Assembly: GCA_025360745.1 (NCBI GenBank)
Contig: JANYBP010000103.1
Coordinates: forward strand, 3,992 to 67,991
DNA: 64,000 nt
Direction: 5' to 3'
Origin: a bacterium
GTDB taxonomy: Bacteria; Verrucomicrobiota; Kiritimatiellia; CAIKKV01; CAIYGI01
Shown: piece after piece, positions 40,132 to 51,556 of the stretch
How the letters are laid out: every line of letters starts with the position of its first letter
How positions within the stretch are numbered: the stretch's first letter is position 1
The notes under the pieces: model-generated
The model's input: only the letters and a program-made list of their open reading frames with translations
Told to the model about the DNA's origin: nothing
Databases searched by the model: none
Program-made: the position numbers and the translations under genes

Positions 40132-40795
40132 CATGCGCCTGAAATTGCTGCTCCCCTGCCTCACGGTCGCACTGCTCGCGGCCGCCGGCATGACTTTCTG
40201 GTCTGGATGCGACACGGGTTCGGCCACGGAGAATATCGAGATCAATCCGGCTGCCGTCACGCTGTCCAAGGGCCAGACCCAGGTCTTCACGGTCTCCGGC
40301 GGTTACGACTACACCTGGTCGCTCAGCCCCGATAACGGCGGCGGCAAACTCGACACGCGCCATGGCGATACCGTGACCTTCCAGATGTTGACCGACACGG
40401 CTGGCACCATCCAGATCGTCTGCACTTCGCTGATCGCCGGCACACCCCAGGGCAGCGCCGTCACCAACAGCCAGTCCGGCTATAGCGAAACCGCGACGGC
40501 CCTGGTGCATAGCGCCATTCCCGAGACCAATTCTCCGAGCGGTCCGTTGACGGTGACACCGACGAGTCACACTATAAACACTAGCGGGTCACTAACACTG
40601 AACGCCTCCGGTGGAGATGGCACCTACAATTGGGAAGTTTCGGGGAGCGGAACTGGGGATGTAACTCCAAAAACGGGATCCTCAGTAGTAACATACACAA
40701 CAATCATCCCCCCCACAGCGAATGTAACGAATACGGTAACCGTCACTGACGCGTCCGGTGATTCCGCAAGGTGCACAATCACCGTGAAGCCTTAA
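40132..40795 (+). CDS. lipoprotein with bacterial Ig-like (Big_2-type) domains
   Basis: AGGAGA RBS. Signal peptide with a WSGC lipobox. Thr/Ser-rich Ig-like repeats. The 649-aa ORF in the track over this region is an artefact. Confidence 0.6.
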
Positions 40796-40809
40796 TAGAT
40801 CGCCGTTCC

Positions 40810-41640
40810 ATGCGGCTGACCAGTCTCCAGAATCCCGGCGTCAAAGAGGTCGTCAAACTCCGCCAGCGTTCGCACCGCGACGCCTCGCGGCAGATGATCG
40901 TCGAGGGCTACCGCGAAATCCGGCGCGCACTCGACAACCGGCGTCCCTTGACCACGCTCTATATCTGTCCCGAGTATTATCTGGGCAAGAACGAACCAGC
41001 CCTGGCGGACGACGCGGCGGCCGCGGGCGCAGTCGTGATCGAGTGCGATGCGCCGGTCTTCGCCAAACTGTCCTACCGCGACCGTCCGGAAGGGCTGCTG
41101 GCCGTCGCCCCGCAGTTGCACGCCTCCCTGGCCGATCTTAATCCGCCCGCCGAGCCGCTGCTGATCGTGGCCGAGGCCATCGAGAAGCCGGGCAATCTGG
41201 GTACAATTTTACGTTCGGCCGATGCCGCCGGAGCGGACGCGGTGATCGTGGCCGACCCCTGCACCGACATTCACAACCCCAACGTCGTGCGCGCCAGCAT
41301 CGGCACGCTTTTCAGCGTTCCGCTGGCCGTGGCCTCCACTGACGACACGCTGGCCTGGCTGCGCGCGCGGCAAATCCGCATTCTGGCCGCGACGCCGCAC
41401 ACCGACACGGAGTATTTCGACGCCGACCTGCGCGGCGGCCTGGCGATCGTGGTCGGCACGGAACAGTACGGCCTCAGCGAGGCCTGGCTAAAGCAGGCCG
41501 ACTTGCGCGTGCGCATTCCGATGAAGGGCCAGGCCGACAGCCTGAACGTCGCCGCCGCCACGGTGCTGCTGATCTACGAGGCCATCAGACAACGAAGAAA
41601 AGATTTGGTCACCCGTCGATGTCCCACTGACCGGGAGTGA
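40810..41640 (+). CDS. TrmH/SpoU family RNA 2'-O-methyltransferase
   Basis: SPOUT motifs: GNLGTILRSADAAG, IRIPMKGQADSLNVAAAT. Confidence 0.8.
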   Translation: MRLTSLQNPGVKEVVKLRQRSHRDASRQMIVEGYREIRRALDNRRPLTTLYICPEYYLGKNEPALADDAAAAGAVVIECDAPVFAKLSYRDRPEGLLAVAPQLHASLADLNPPAEPLLIVAEAIEKPGNLGTILRSADAAGADAVIVADPCTDIHNPNVVRASIGTLFSVPLAVASTDDTLAWLRARQIRILAATPHTDTEYFDADLRGGLAIVVGTEQYGLSEAWLKQADLRVRIPMKGQADSLNVAAATVLLIYEAIRQRRKDLVTRRCPTDRE

Positions 41641-41824
41641 TTTCCGCTTGTGCGAGGATACGCTTCATCAGCGACCAGTCGATGTCACTGCCGTGAGGAT
41701 TGGGTATTCGAACGATGCTGCTGCCTTTGCGCATGAACATGTGACTGCCGCCGGCGTAAGGTCCATTCCAACCCAGCGCCTTGAACCGGCGTAGAACCTC
41801 CCGGCGGCTGATCGGCTTAGGCAT
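41609..41824 (-). CDS. hicA: type II toxin HicA family mRNA interferase
   Basis: 71 aa with a GSH motif. It is paired with hicB by an 8-nt overlap. Confidence 0.6.
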   Translation of the reverse strand: MPKPISRREVLRRFKALGWNGPYAGGSHMFMRKGSSIVRIPNPHGSDIDWSLMKRILAQAEITPGQWDIDG

Positions 41825-42068
41825 AGGCGACTTCTTTGCCCGCGCGGTTGATGTCAATGCCGTCCACAATCGGCACATCGTCTCCGCACCGCAACTTGAC
41901 GATCAGCCAGCCATCGATAGCCTCAACCAGCTCGTCGCGGCATTCTTCCAGTGACACGCCTTCGCTCCAGACTCCTTGGAAACCCGGGATGCTGCCATAG
42001 AACCGCCCGTTCTCCATGATCTCAAAGTGCGCACGGCGCATGACCTGGTGTATGTAGTGCGTCAACAT
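41817..42068 (-). CDS. hicB: type II antitoxin HicB family (UPF0150)
   Basis: AAGGAG RBS. FEIMENGRFYGSIPGFQGVWSEGVSLEECRDELVEAIDGWL. Confidence 0.6.
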   Translation of the reverse strand: MLTHYIHQVMRRAHFEIMENGRFYGSIPGFQGVWSEGVSLEECRDELVEAIDGWLIVKLRCGDDVPIVDGIDINRAGKEVAYA

Positions 42069-42159
42069 TGCTACTCCTTGAGGCAGCATTGTGCCTTCCG
42101 GGTCATGGCGCCGCAAGCACAAAACACAATCAAAGGTAATGGGTCAGTGACATAGGGAA

Positions 42160-42260
42160 GGCGGACTAAAGACCGGCTAAAGCCGGTACACCAAACGGCA
42201 TTACTTATTATTATTCCCGCGTTTGGTGTACCGCCTTCAGGCGGTCCCACCGCGTAACTG
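42160..42260. terminator. cluster of GC-rich hairpins (ACCGGCTAAAGCCGGT; GGTACACCAAACG-N22-CGTTTGGTGTACC; CCGCCTTCAGGCGG) between the DUF1566 gene and hicB
   Basis: Inverted repeats read directly from the sequence. Confidence 0.4.
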
Positions 42261-42289
42261 CCCCATTACAATCAAAGACCCATGGCTCC

Positions 42290-43510
42290 TCACTGTCCAC
42301 CGCGCACGAGCCAGACGTAGTATGCGTCCGTCTTAGGGCGCAGCCAAACTCCGCCGCCGCCCACGAACACGGCCCAGGCGTCGTCCGTGACACCGGCATA
42401 GGTGGTGCTGGACCAGTAGAAGTTGTCCGACTTGACGCCCGTGAATGGATTGTTTTCCGTCCAACTCACAGTGCCTGTCGTATCGCAAAGCGCGGGATTG
42501 ATCCGGCCGTCGTCTATCAGGCTCAATAGTTCGCGGCGATTCGGTAGCCGCCAGTCATTGGTACCGCCATAGGTATAAAGAACATTGGTGATATTATCCA
42601 AAGCCCAGCAGTAAAACACCGCATCGGTCCAAGTCATTGTACCGACCAGGCTCGCGTTCCGCGCCCAGACCAGTCCCGTTAAGTTGTCCAGAACACAGTT
42701 GGTGTTGGCTTGCACCGTAAAGCGTGGATTAGGCCAGACCACGCCCTTCTTGTGAAAACCGTCATCCCACGTCTGATACGAATTCGTCTGCCCCGTCTTC
42801 GGCACGGCGGCGGGCGTGGTACTGAGGGTTCCGGCGATGCCGAAGATGGTCACGTTCGTGGCGATGTTGTCGGCTTTCAGATCGGCGTCCACCGCCGGCA
42901 GATTCGTCGCCGCGTAATAGCCGGCCGGCACGTTTGTGGTCGCGGACGAGAACGTCAGGGTCGCGATTGCGCCGGTCACGGCCAACCCGTTCACCCATGC
43001 GACTTGTCCCGCTTTAATATCGCCCGCGCCCGCATTGCCGCTGGCGGTGTCCACCACGTTGCTGTTGCCATTCACGCCGAAAATATTGATTCCCGACCTG
43101 ATGTTCCCGGCGACCAAGTCGGCGTCCACGGTATTCAACGTCGCGGCCTCATAATATCCGGCATGCACCGCCGTTGTGGTGGCGGAGAAGGCCAGGGTAT
43201 GCAGCGGATTCGAACTGCCCACCACCTGATAATAGACGCCGACCGGCGCAGTAATGCTGGCCGCCGAAGATTTCAGATCCTGCGCGGCGCGATAGGAACC
43301 GTCCCAGACGAGGTTGGTATCGGCCAGGTTGGGCTTATACTCGACCGTGTAGTAGAGATTGGTGTTGCCGTTGGTCCAGGACAAATAACCATCCTGAAAC
43401 GACGCGATAATAAGCTCGTTCGCCGCTTGCACAGCGGTCAGGCTGCCGCCCAGCAACAGCGCCGCCAACCCCGCCACCGCCCATATCGTTTTCGAACGCC
43501 GTTTTCCCAT
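42290..43510 (-). CDS. secreted protein with tandem 45-aa repeats and C-terminal DUF1566 (Lcl C-terminal) domain
   Basis: Signal peptide. Two repeats (TLAFSATTTAVHAGYYEAATLNTVDADL... / TLTFSSATTNVPAGYYAATNLPAVDADL...). DUF1566 motifs NCVLDNLTGLVWAR and WRLPNRRELLSL. Confidence 0.65.
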   Translation of the reverse strand: MGKRRSKTIWAVAGLAALLLGGSLTAVQAANELIIASFQDGYLSWTNGNTNLYYTVEYKPNLADTNLVWDGSYRAAQDLKSSAASITAPVGVYYQVVGSSNPLHTLAFSATTTAVHAGYYEAATLNTVDADLVAGNIRSGINIFGVNGNSNVVDTASGNAGAGDIKAGQVAWVNGLAVTGAIATLTFSSATTNVPAGYYAATNLPAVDADLKADNIATNVTIFGIAGTLSTTPAAVPKTGQTNSYQTWDDGFHKKGVVWPNPRFTVQANTNCVLDNLTGLVWARNASLVGTMTWTDAVFYCWALDNITNVLYTYGGTNDWRLPNRRELLSLIDDGRINPALCDTTGTVSWTENNPFTGVKSDNFYWSSTTYAGVTDDAWAVFVGGGGVWLRPKTDAYYVWLVRGGQ

Positions 43511-43519
43511 CTTGGAAAC

Positions 43520-44098
43520 TTACTGCCCCTCGTAGAGAGGCGCGGGTAACGGCGGCTTGTTGGCGGGCACCTGCAGTTGCACCGCCGGCAGCGTGATCGC
43601 ATGAACGATCCCGTTCCCGGTTGTCTGTAAAACGGCCGAGGGATTCGCGAACGCCACTCCCAAGGCCGCTGTCGCCGTAGCATTGCCGGCCAGGGCCGTT
43701 TGCATGGCGCTCGCGACCGCGGCCGATTGATTTCCGGCCGCCACCACGGCCGTCGCCGCGACAACCGGCAGCCACACGGGTGAAACATGGGCGGCCACAA
43801 GCCCCATCATGGGCGCAGCCGCGCTTCCTTTCGACGACACGGCATAGGCGATAATCGCGATGATACGTTCCCGTTTCGTCGCCTCGGATAATTCGGACAA
43901 GGACACCGCATTCAACGCGGCGGTCACGATGGCCGCCGAATTCGAGGCGGTCTGGTCTTGAATGGCGGCGACGATCAACTCGGGCTTCGCCGCGATCTCG
44001 CCAGCGGTCGGCGCAACAGCCTGTCCAGCCGCCAGCGCGCCACCCGCCATCGCACAACCGCACGCCAACAACACACCCAACAGTCGCATGGTCTTCAT
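43520..44098 (-). CDS. Ala-rich secreted/lipoprotein, unknown function
   Basis: Signal peptide MKTMRLLGVLLACGCAMAGG. Low-complexity Ala/Val-rich. Confidence 0.4.
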   Translation of the reverse strand: MKTMRLLGVLLACGCAMAGGALAAGQAVAPTAGEIAAKPELIVAAIQDQTASNSAAIVTAALNAVSLSELSEATKRERIIAIIAYAVSSKGSAAAPMMGLVAAHVSPVWLPVVAATAVVAAGNQSAAVASAMQTALAGNATATAALGVAFANPSAVLQTTGNGIVHAITLPAVQLQVPANKPPLPAPLYEGQ

Positions 44099-44158
44099 AA
44101 AGCACGATCCTTTCTTAACGTTACACTCCCGCAACCGATCCGCACATCGCCGGCCGGC

Positions 44159-45394
44159 TCAGTACTCGGCCTTGAGGCCCAGCGTGGCCCGCATCTCGTC
44201 GTAATCGCCGCGCACGTTATCCTGCGTATCTTCCCGCCAGGCCTCACCGTAAACCTTCAACCACTTGAGCAACTGGTGGTCGACGCGGAGACCGTAATGC
44301 AGTTGAACGACCTTGCGTTTAACCAGCTCGCCGCCGAGCGCGTGTTCCGTCGCGTCATAGCCATCGTTGCGATAGCCAAGCAGAAGCGCAAAGGCCGTGC
44401 GTTCGGTGAGCGCATAGCGCGCACTGCCGGTGACCAGGCTGGACAATTTGGCGTTCTGCGGCGCATCGACAGCCAGCTGCATTTCGTTGCGTCCGTCGAT
44501 CGTCACCAGCAGTTTCGAGGTGGTCCGCCAGTACCACGCCATGTTGTACGAAAATCCTCCCCGATTGCCGGCGCCGCCATCGTTCTGATCGGCGCCGGAA
44601 AAATCGTAAGCGCCGATGCTGCCCTCGAAACGGCTCTTGTCCGTCCCCTGCCATTGCCAACCAGCGCGCCCGGCGTAGTAATTGGCCGGACGGGGCAGGC
44701 TGTCGTTGTCCATGCGGATGTAATCCCCCGCCAGAATGGCGCTGGACTTGGTGGTAACCTTGCGCGCGAACTTGACCGACACGCGTTCCTCGACGGAATC
44801 CAACAACCCCGGCGTCGTGTAGTTGACCTTTCCGTAATCGAACAGCCCGTCCATCGACATCTTGTCCGTCAGGGGCCCTTCCACCCCGAAACCGGCATCG
44901 AGGATGTGCCTGTTAACGCGTTGGGAGCGGTCGTCCATACTCAAGGGGGTGACCGCCTGGTTCTCAATGTCCGCCGCCGTCACGCCGACAACGTCATAAT
45001 CCGACACACGCCCGTAGCGTTCGTTGAGACGCAGGCGCCAGTCTTCCAAACGACCCAATACGAGGCGCACCTCCTCCGATAAATCGTCGCGATTTTCGCT
45101 GTTAAACTCGTCGTACCGCCTAAACCGGCTCCACAACAGAGCGTCCAGGCGCAGAAGATCGCTGATCTTGGTGATATTCAGGCCGGGGCTGAAATCCAGG
45201 AAAACGTCGTCCGCCTCCTGACCTTTTCCGAACAAAAGCGGATTGCTGTCGTAACTCACCGCCGCATCCACGTAAGGATGCAACAGCATGTCGCCCACCC
45301 GTATCCCATCGCCGGGCTCGCTGAACGCGCTGGTTGTCGCCACCGCCACAAACAAAACGGCCACCCAATTCACGGCGTTCCTGTTTCGCTGCAT
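44159..45394 (-). CDS. putative outer-membrane beta-barrel protein
   Basis: Signal peptide, alternating amphipathic beta-strand pattern, and a C-terminal ...LGLKAEY aromatic terminus. It is adjacent to a Wza-like gene. Confidence 0.5.
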   Translation of the reverse strand: MQRNRNAVNWVAVLFVAVATTSAFSEPGDGIRVGDMLLHPYVDAAVSYDSNPLLFGKGQEADDVFLDFSPGLNITKISDLLRLDALLWSRFRRYDEFNSENRDDLSEEVRLVLGRLEDWRLRLNERYGRVSDYDVVGVTAADIENQAVTPLSMDDRSQRVNRHILDAGFGVEGPLTDKMSMDGLFDYGKVNYTTPGLLDSVEERVSVKFARKVTTKSSAILAGDYIRMDNDSLPRPANYYAGRAGWQWQGTDKSRFEGSIGAYDFSGADQNDGGAGNRGGFSYNMAWYWRTTSKLLVTIDGRNEMQLAVDAPQNAKLSSLVTGSARYALTERTAFALLLGYRNDGYDATEHALGGELVKRKVVQLHYGLRVDHQLLKWLKVYGEAWREDTQDNVRGDYDEMRATLGLKAEY

Positions 45395-45508
45395 AATACA
45401 ACCCTCCCACCATCGGTGACAAATTAGGCCGCAATTCGCGCGCATGCAAGATATATTTTCGAACATTCCGATGCCGTTCGTTCGCGGCATCGCGCAACTG
45501 AAATTCGA

Positions 45509-46204
45509 TCAAAAAACGTGTTCGGGCACATATACCACATCGCCCGCCCCCACCTGCAAATCGCCGCTGGCGTCACCGCTTGAGCCGACGTTCTTCAAAT
45601 CGACCGTCACCTGCTGCGTCGAGCCGTCCGGCATGCGGTGGGTTACGCGGATGGCGGTGTCGCGCGCGCTCGTGTCGAGCCCTCCGGCAAGCTGAATCGC
45701 CCGGCTGACGGTAAGATCGTGCGTGGGCGGGATATTGATGCTGCCCGGCTGTTTGACGCGCCCCAGCACCGTCACCGAACCCCAGGGCGAAACCGAACCG
45801 GGACTGTTGTCGTAGACAAACCCGATCGCAACCTGCGGATCGCGAATATACTCGGCGTAGAGCGTCTCCAGCCGCTTCGAAAACTCTCCGGGCGTCAGTC
45901 CGGCGCAGACCACCGCCCCGACCAGCGGCAGCGAAATATCACCCTGCGCGGAGACCTGCTTCTTGGGTTCGTCCACCTCTTTTTTGCCCGCGGCCAGCAC
46001 GGCGACACTGATCACCAATCCCGCACGGATGCGCGGCTCGCCGGCGCTCCTCGTTCCGTTCGTCACGGCGGCCACGGACTGGTTGCCAGCGTCGGCGTCA
46101 TTGCCCGGCGTCGGCAATGCCCTCCGCGGATGTCTGGTGGCGCAACCCGGGAGACTGGCACAAAGCAAGGCCGCCAGCATGCAAGCCCCTGCCACCTTAC
46201 GCAT
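45509..46204 (-). CDS. polysaccharide biosynthesis/export lipoprotein (Wza/Poly_export + SLBB)
   Basis: Lipobox LPGC. Poly_export motif ...ISVAVLAAGKK... and SLBB (VTVLGRVKQPGSINIP). Confidence 0.7.
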   Translation of the reverse strand: MRKVAGACMLAALLCASLPGCATRHPRRALPTPGNDADAGNQSVAAVTNGTRSAGEPRIRAGLVISVAVLAAGKKEVDEPKKQVSAQGDISLPLVGAVVCAGLTPGEFSKRLETLYAEYIRDPQVAIGFVYDNSPGSVSPWGSVTVLGRVKQPGSINIPPTHDLTVSRAIQLAGGLDTSARDTAIRVTHRMPDGSTQQVTVDLKNVGSSGDASGDLQVGAGDVVYVPEHVF

Positions 46205-46361
46205 TCGCTGCTGACCATCGAGCATGACGGATGTCGTCCTTTCCTTAAAAATCAGCCGGATCGAGCTAAAATATTACGCAACCCGCAGAATCAAACCACA
46301 TACACAAGAAAGGCTAATTTAGCATATCACGATGAAAATGCGCAAGCGGTTCTTGCCGGAT

Positions 46362-46832
46362 TCATCGACGGCGAACGGCGCGCTGGAGTTCGCGATCGGA
46401 CGTTTCGCGACGCAGTCGGTCGCGCTTGTCGGGTTCCTGCCGTCCGCGGCAGATTCCCAGTTCCAGTTTCAACCAGCCTTTGCGGAAGAACGCGTTCAGC
46501 GGCACCAGCGTCAGGCCCTTTTGGGCCATTTGCGCGCCGAGCCGGGCGATTTCCCTGCCATGCAAAAGCAGCCGGCGCGGCCGTTCGGATTCGTGGTTGA
46601 AGCGATTGCCGCAGGCGTAGGGGGCGATTTTCACGCCGTAGAGCACCGCCTGACCGTCCTCGATGCGCGCAAAGCCGCCAATCAGAGTCAACCCGTTGTC
46701 ACGGACCGACTTGACTTCCGTTCCAAGCAGTTCGAGGCCCGCCTCGATCCGCTCCAGAACCTGGTAATCGTGCAGGGCTTTGCGATTGGTCGCCACCCTG
46801 CCGGAACCCGCATGGTCCACAGCGGAGGCCAT
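46362..46832 (-). CDS. smpB: SsrA-binding protein
   Basis: Conserved SmpB sequence throughout (KALHDYQVLERIEAGLELLGTEVKS). Confidence 0.9.
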   Translation of the reverse strand: MASAVDHAGSGRVATNRKALHDYQVLERIEAGLELLGTEVKSVRDNGLTLIGGFARIEDGQAVLYGVKIAPYACGNRFNHESERPRRLLLHGREIARLGAQMAQKGLTLVPLNAFFRKGWLKLELGICRGRQEPDKRDRLRRETSDRELQRAVRRR

Positions 46833-46845
46833 GGCCGGGTCCGCC

Positions 46846-47100
46846 TTACGGCGTCTCGTCCGGCACGCCGGCCTTATCCGTCGTGCTGAAGAACCCGATC
46901 TCGGCGGTCATCTTGCCGGTCACGATTTCCCGCATGGCGACATCGATCCGTTCATCGCCCTTTTCGGGTTTGATATAGGGCCGCATGCCGGCATTCAATT
47001 GGCGCAAACGCCGTGAGAGCATATTCACCAGTTGCGGCACGCTGGGCACATGCAACCGGGCTTGTTCGAACAATTCGACATTCAAAATATAACCTCCCAA
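46846..47100 (-). CDS. rpoZ: DNA-directed RNA polymerase subunit omega
   Basis: RpoZ-like LVNMLSRRLRQL ... VAMREIVTGK. Confidence 0.6.
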   Translation of the reverse strand: MGGYILNVELFEQARLHVPSVPQLVNMLSRRLRQLNAGMRPYIKPEKGDERIDVAMREIVTGKMTAEIGFFSTTDKAGVPDETP

Positions 47101-47162
47101 AAAGGTGAACGGGGCGCATTCTATGCGCCCCCGTCCACTCGAGTCAATTCAGGGACGCGGGA

Positions 47163-48821
<1,659 letters not shown>

Positions 48822-48860
48822 TTACTCCTCCCTGATTACAGGATATTTCGACCAGAATCT

Positions 48861-49154
48861 TCAGCCTTCGATTACGCCGAGAATGTCATCCTCGCGGACG
48901 ATCTGGTATTCATGATTATCGATCTTCACTTCGGTTCCGCCGTACTTCGGCATGAGCACCGTATCCCCGACCTTCACGTTGAAGGGGATAATCTTGCCAT
49001 CGTCATCGCGTTTGCCCGTGCCCACGGCGATCACCTTGCCCTGCTGCGGCTTTTCTTTCGCCGTGTCGGGAATGATGATTCCGCCCTTCTTGAGCTCGTC
49101 GGCATCTTTGACCGGTTCGACCAGAACTCGATCACTCAACGGTTTGATCTTCAT
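48861..49154 (-). CDS. groS: co-chaperonin GroES
   Basis: 97 aa. It begins [14 protein letters not shown]. Confidence 0.95.
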   Translation of the reverse strand: MKIKPLSDRVLVEPVKDADELKKGGIIIPDTAKEKPQQGKVIAVGTGKRDDDGKIIPFNVKVGDTVLMPKYGGTEVKIDNHEYQIVREDDILGVIEG

Positions 49155-49295
49155 CTACGTGTGTCTCCTTCTCTCTCTCGTTTGGCGGGCCCCCTCAGGC
49201 GCCCCTCCATTCGTCATTCTACGGCCCGCCGCACCCGCGTCAGGCCGATCCGTCGCCGCCTCCGTCTTGGGGGCGCCGGAGCGGAAAGCGGTGGA

Positions 49296-51248
49296 CTACT
49301 TCTTGTTGTTGTCGTCCACCATCTCGAAATCTGCGTCTATCACATCTTCCTTGCCACCGCCGGAACGGCCGCCCTTGGCGCCCGCCTCTTTGCCCCCGTC
49401 CGGCCCGGCGCCTGCGGCGCCCGCGGCCTCGCCCGCGCCCGGCTGCTGAGCCTTGGCGTGCGCGTACATCTCGCTGGAAACAGCCTGCATCCTGGCGGAG
49501 AGCGCCTCCATCGTCTTGCGCAGCGCCTCCGTGTCGGCATTGCTCTTGAGCGCCTCTTTGACGCGGCCGATCTCGTCCTCGACTTCGCGCTTCTTGGCGG
49601 CGTCCAGCTTGTCGCCCTGATCCTTGATCAGCTTCTCGGTCTGATAGACCAGGTTCTCGGCCTGGTTGCGCGCGTCGATCTGCTCGCGCTTCCTGGTGTC
49701 GTCGCCGGCATGCTCCTCGGCGTCGCGCACCATGCGCTTGATCTCGGCTTCGTTGAGACCGCTGGAACTGGTGATCGTGATCTTCTGTTCGCGGCTGGTC
49801 GCCAGGTCCTTGGCCGTGACATGCAGGATGCCGTTGGCGTCGATGTCGAACGTGACCTCGACCTGCGGCACGCCGCGCGCCGCCGGGGGAATCCCGTCCA
49901 GCGCGAAACGTCCGATGGTCTTGTTGTCGTGCGCCAGCTTGCGCTCGCCCTGCAGGACGTGAATCTCGACCTGCGTCTGATTGTCCGAGGCCGTGCTGAA
50001 GACCTCGGTCTTCTTGGTCGGAATCGTCGTGTTGCGCTCGATCAGCACCGTGGACACGCTGCCCAGCGTCTCGATGCCCAGCGAAAGCGGCGTGACGTCG
50101 AGCAACAACACATCCTTGACTTCGCCCTTCAGAATGCCGCCCTGGATCGCCGCGCCGACGGCCACGACTTCGTCCGGGTTGACGCCCTTGTGCGGTTCCT
50201 TGTGAAAAAGCGCGCGGGCCATATCCTGAACCTTGGGCATGCGCGTCATGCCGCCCACCATCACCGCCTCGTCCACATCGTTCAAGCCCGCGTCCTTGAG
50301 GCACGCCACCACGGGGCCGCGCGTGCGCTCGATCAGGGACTCCACCAGCTGCTCCATTTTCGCGCGGGTCAGGTTGACGTGCAGGTGCTTGGGCCCGCTG
50401 GCGTCCGCCGTGACGAACGGCAGGTTGATCTCCGTGGTCTGCGCGCTGGAGAGTTCGCACTTGGCCTTCTCGGCCGCCTCCTTCAGCCGCTGCAGGGCCA
50501 TCATATCCCGGCTGAGATCGATGCCGTGCTCCTGCTTGAAATCGCCCACCAGCCACTCGATGATGGCGTGATCGAAATCGTCGCCGCCCAGATGCGTGTC
50601 GCCATTGGTCGCCTTGACCTCGAAAACGCCGTCGCCGATGTCCAGCACCGAGACGTCGAAGGTGCCGCCGCCCAGATCGTAGACCGCGATCTTCTCGTCC
50701 TTCTTCTTGTCCAGTCCATAGGCCAGCGAGGCCGCCGTGGGCTCGTTGATGATGCGCAATACCTCCAGCCCCGCGATGCGCCCGGCGTCCTTGGTGGCCT
50801 GCCGCTGGCTGTCGTTGAAGTAGGCCGGCACCGTCACCACCGCCTGCGCGATCGGCTCGCCCAGAAAGGCCTCGGCGTCCGCCTTCATTTTTTGCAGAAT
50901 CATCGAGGAAATTTCCGGCGGCGAGTAGGTCTTGTCGCCGATCGAGACGTTGGCGTCCCCGTTGGCCGCCTTCACGACCTTGTACGGCACCAGCTTGATC
51001 TCGCGCGAAACTTCATCGAATTTCCGCCCCATGAAACGCTTGATCGAAAAAACCGTGTTGCTGGCATTGGTGACCGCCTGCCGCTTGGCGGCCTGCCCCA
51101 CCAGCCGTTCGCCGGTCTTGGTAAACGCCACTATCGACGGCGTGGTCCGCATGCCTTCGGCATTCGGGATCACCACCGGCTCCCCGCCTTCCATTACGGA
51201 CATGCAGGAATTCGTCGTGCCCAAATCTATTCCAAGCACCTTGGACAT
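49296..51248 (-). CDS. dnaK: molecular chaperone DnaK
   Basis: N terminus [14 protein letters not shown] with a GAGGTG RBS. The start is corrected from the ORF-track 51302. Confidence 0.95.
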   Translation of the reverse strand: MSKVLGIDLGTTNSCMSVMEGGEPVVIPNAEGMRTTPSIVAFTKTGERLVGQAAKRQAVTNASNTVFSIKRFMGRKFDEVSREIKLVPYKVVKAANGDANVSIGDKTYSPPEISSMILQKMKADAEAFLGEPIAQAVVTVPAYFNDSQRQATKDAGRIAGLEVLRIINEPTAASLAYGLDKKKDEKIAVYDLGGGTFDVSVLDIGDGVFEVKATNGDTHLGGDDFDHAIIEWLVGDFKQEHGIDLSRDMMALQRLKEAAEKAKCELSSAQTTEINLPFVTADASGPKHLHVNLTRAKMEQLVESLIERTRGPVVACLKDAGLNDVDEAVMVGGMTRMPKVQDMARALFHKEPHKGVNPDEVVAVGAAIQGGILKGEVKDVLLLDVTPLSLGIETLGSVSTVLIERNTTIPTKKTEVFSTASDNQTQVEIHVLQGERKLAHDNKTIGRFALDGIPPAARGVPQVEVTFDIDANGILHVTAKDLATSREQKITITSSSGLNEAEIKRMVRDAEEHAGDDTRKREQIDARNQAENLVYQTEKLIKDQGDKLDAAKKREVEDEIGRVKEALKSNADTEALRKTMEALSARMQAVSSEMYAHAKAQQPGAGEAAGAAGAGPDGGKEAGAKGGRSGGGKEDVIDADFEMVDDNNKK

Positions 51249-51556
51249 AAAACACCTCGTGTATCTCAAAATTCGGTTGCAAACCGGTCCAAACCATACC
51301 AATCCATGATCGTTCAGCCAATTATTCGGCGAACGAAGAGTGTGACAAATTCACCGTCCCGCAGTCAAGCGTTATTTGCGGCGGCATTTTTTCGCGGCGC
51401 AGGGCCTCAATCGCCGCGTCGCAGCGTCCGGCCGGGAATAACCGCCGGAAAGCTGTTGCCGGGAAACCAAAAGCGGCGTAGGCTCGGTCAAATCCTTGCG
51501 CCCGCCGGGTCGCAAGGGCCCGGTTGCCGTTTTTAAGCAGAAAGGCGAGGTTCGAG

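Noticed and set aside
38846-40795. 649-aa plus-strand ORF in the track
   Set aside because: It spans the antisense of the ATP-grasp/GNAT gene and the NYN gene in another frame. Only its last 221 codons (40132-40795) form a real gene, with its own RBS, signal peptide and lipobox.
46226-46361. tmRNA (ssrA) adjacent to smpB
   Set aside because: The flanking intergenic sequence has no tRNA-like acceptor/T-arm or tag-peptide reading frame. ssrA is presumably elsewhere.
49155-49295. CIRCE (HrcA operator TTAGCACTC-N9-GAGTGCTAA) upstream of groES or dnaK
   Set aside because: I searched both leaders and found no match to the CIRCE inverted repeat. The regulation is presumably sigma-32-like or other.
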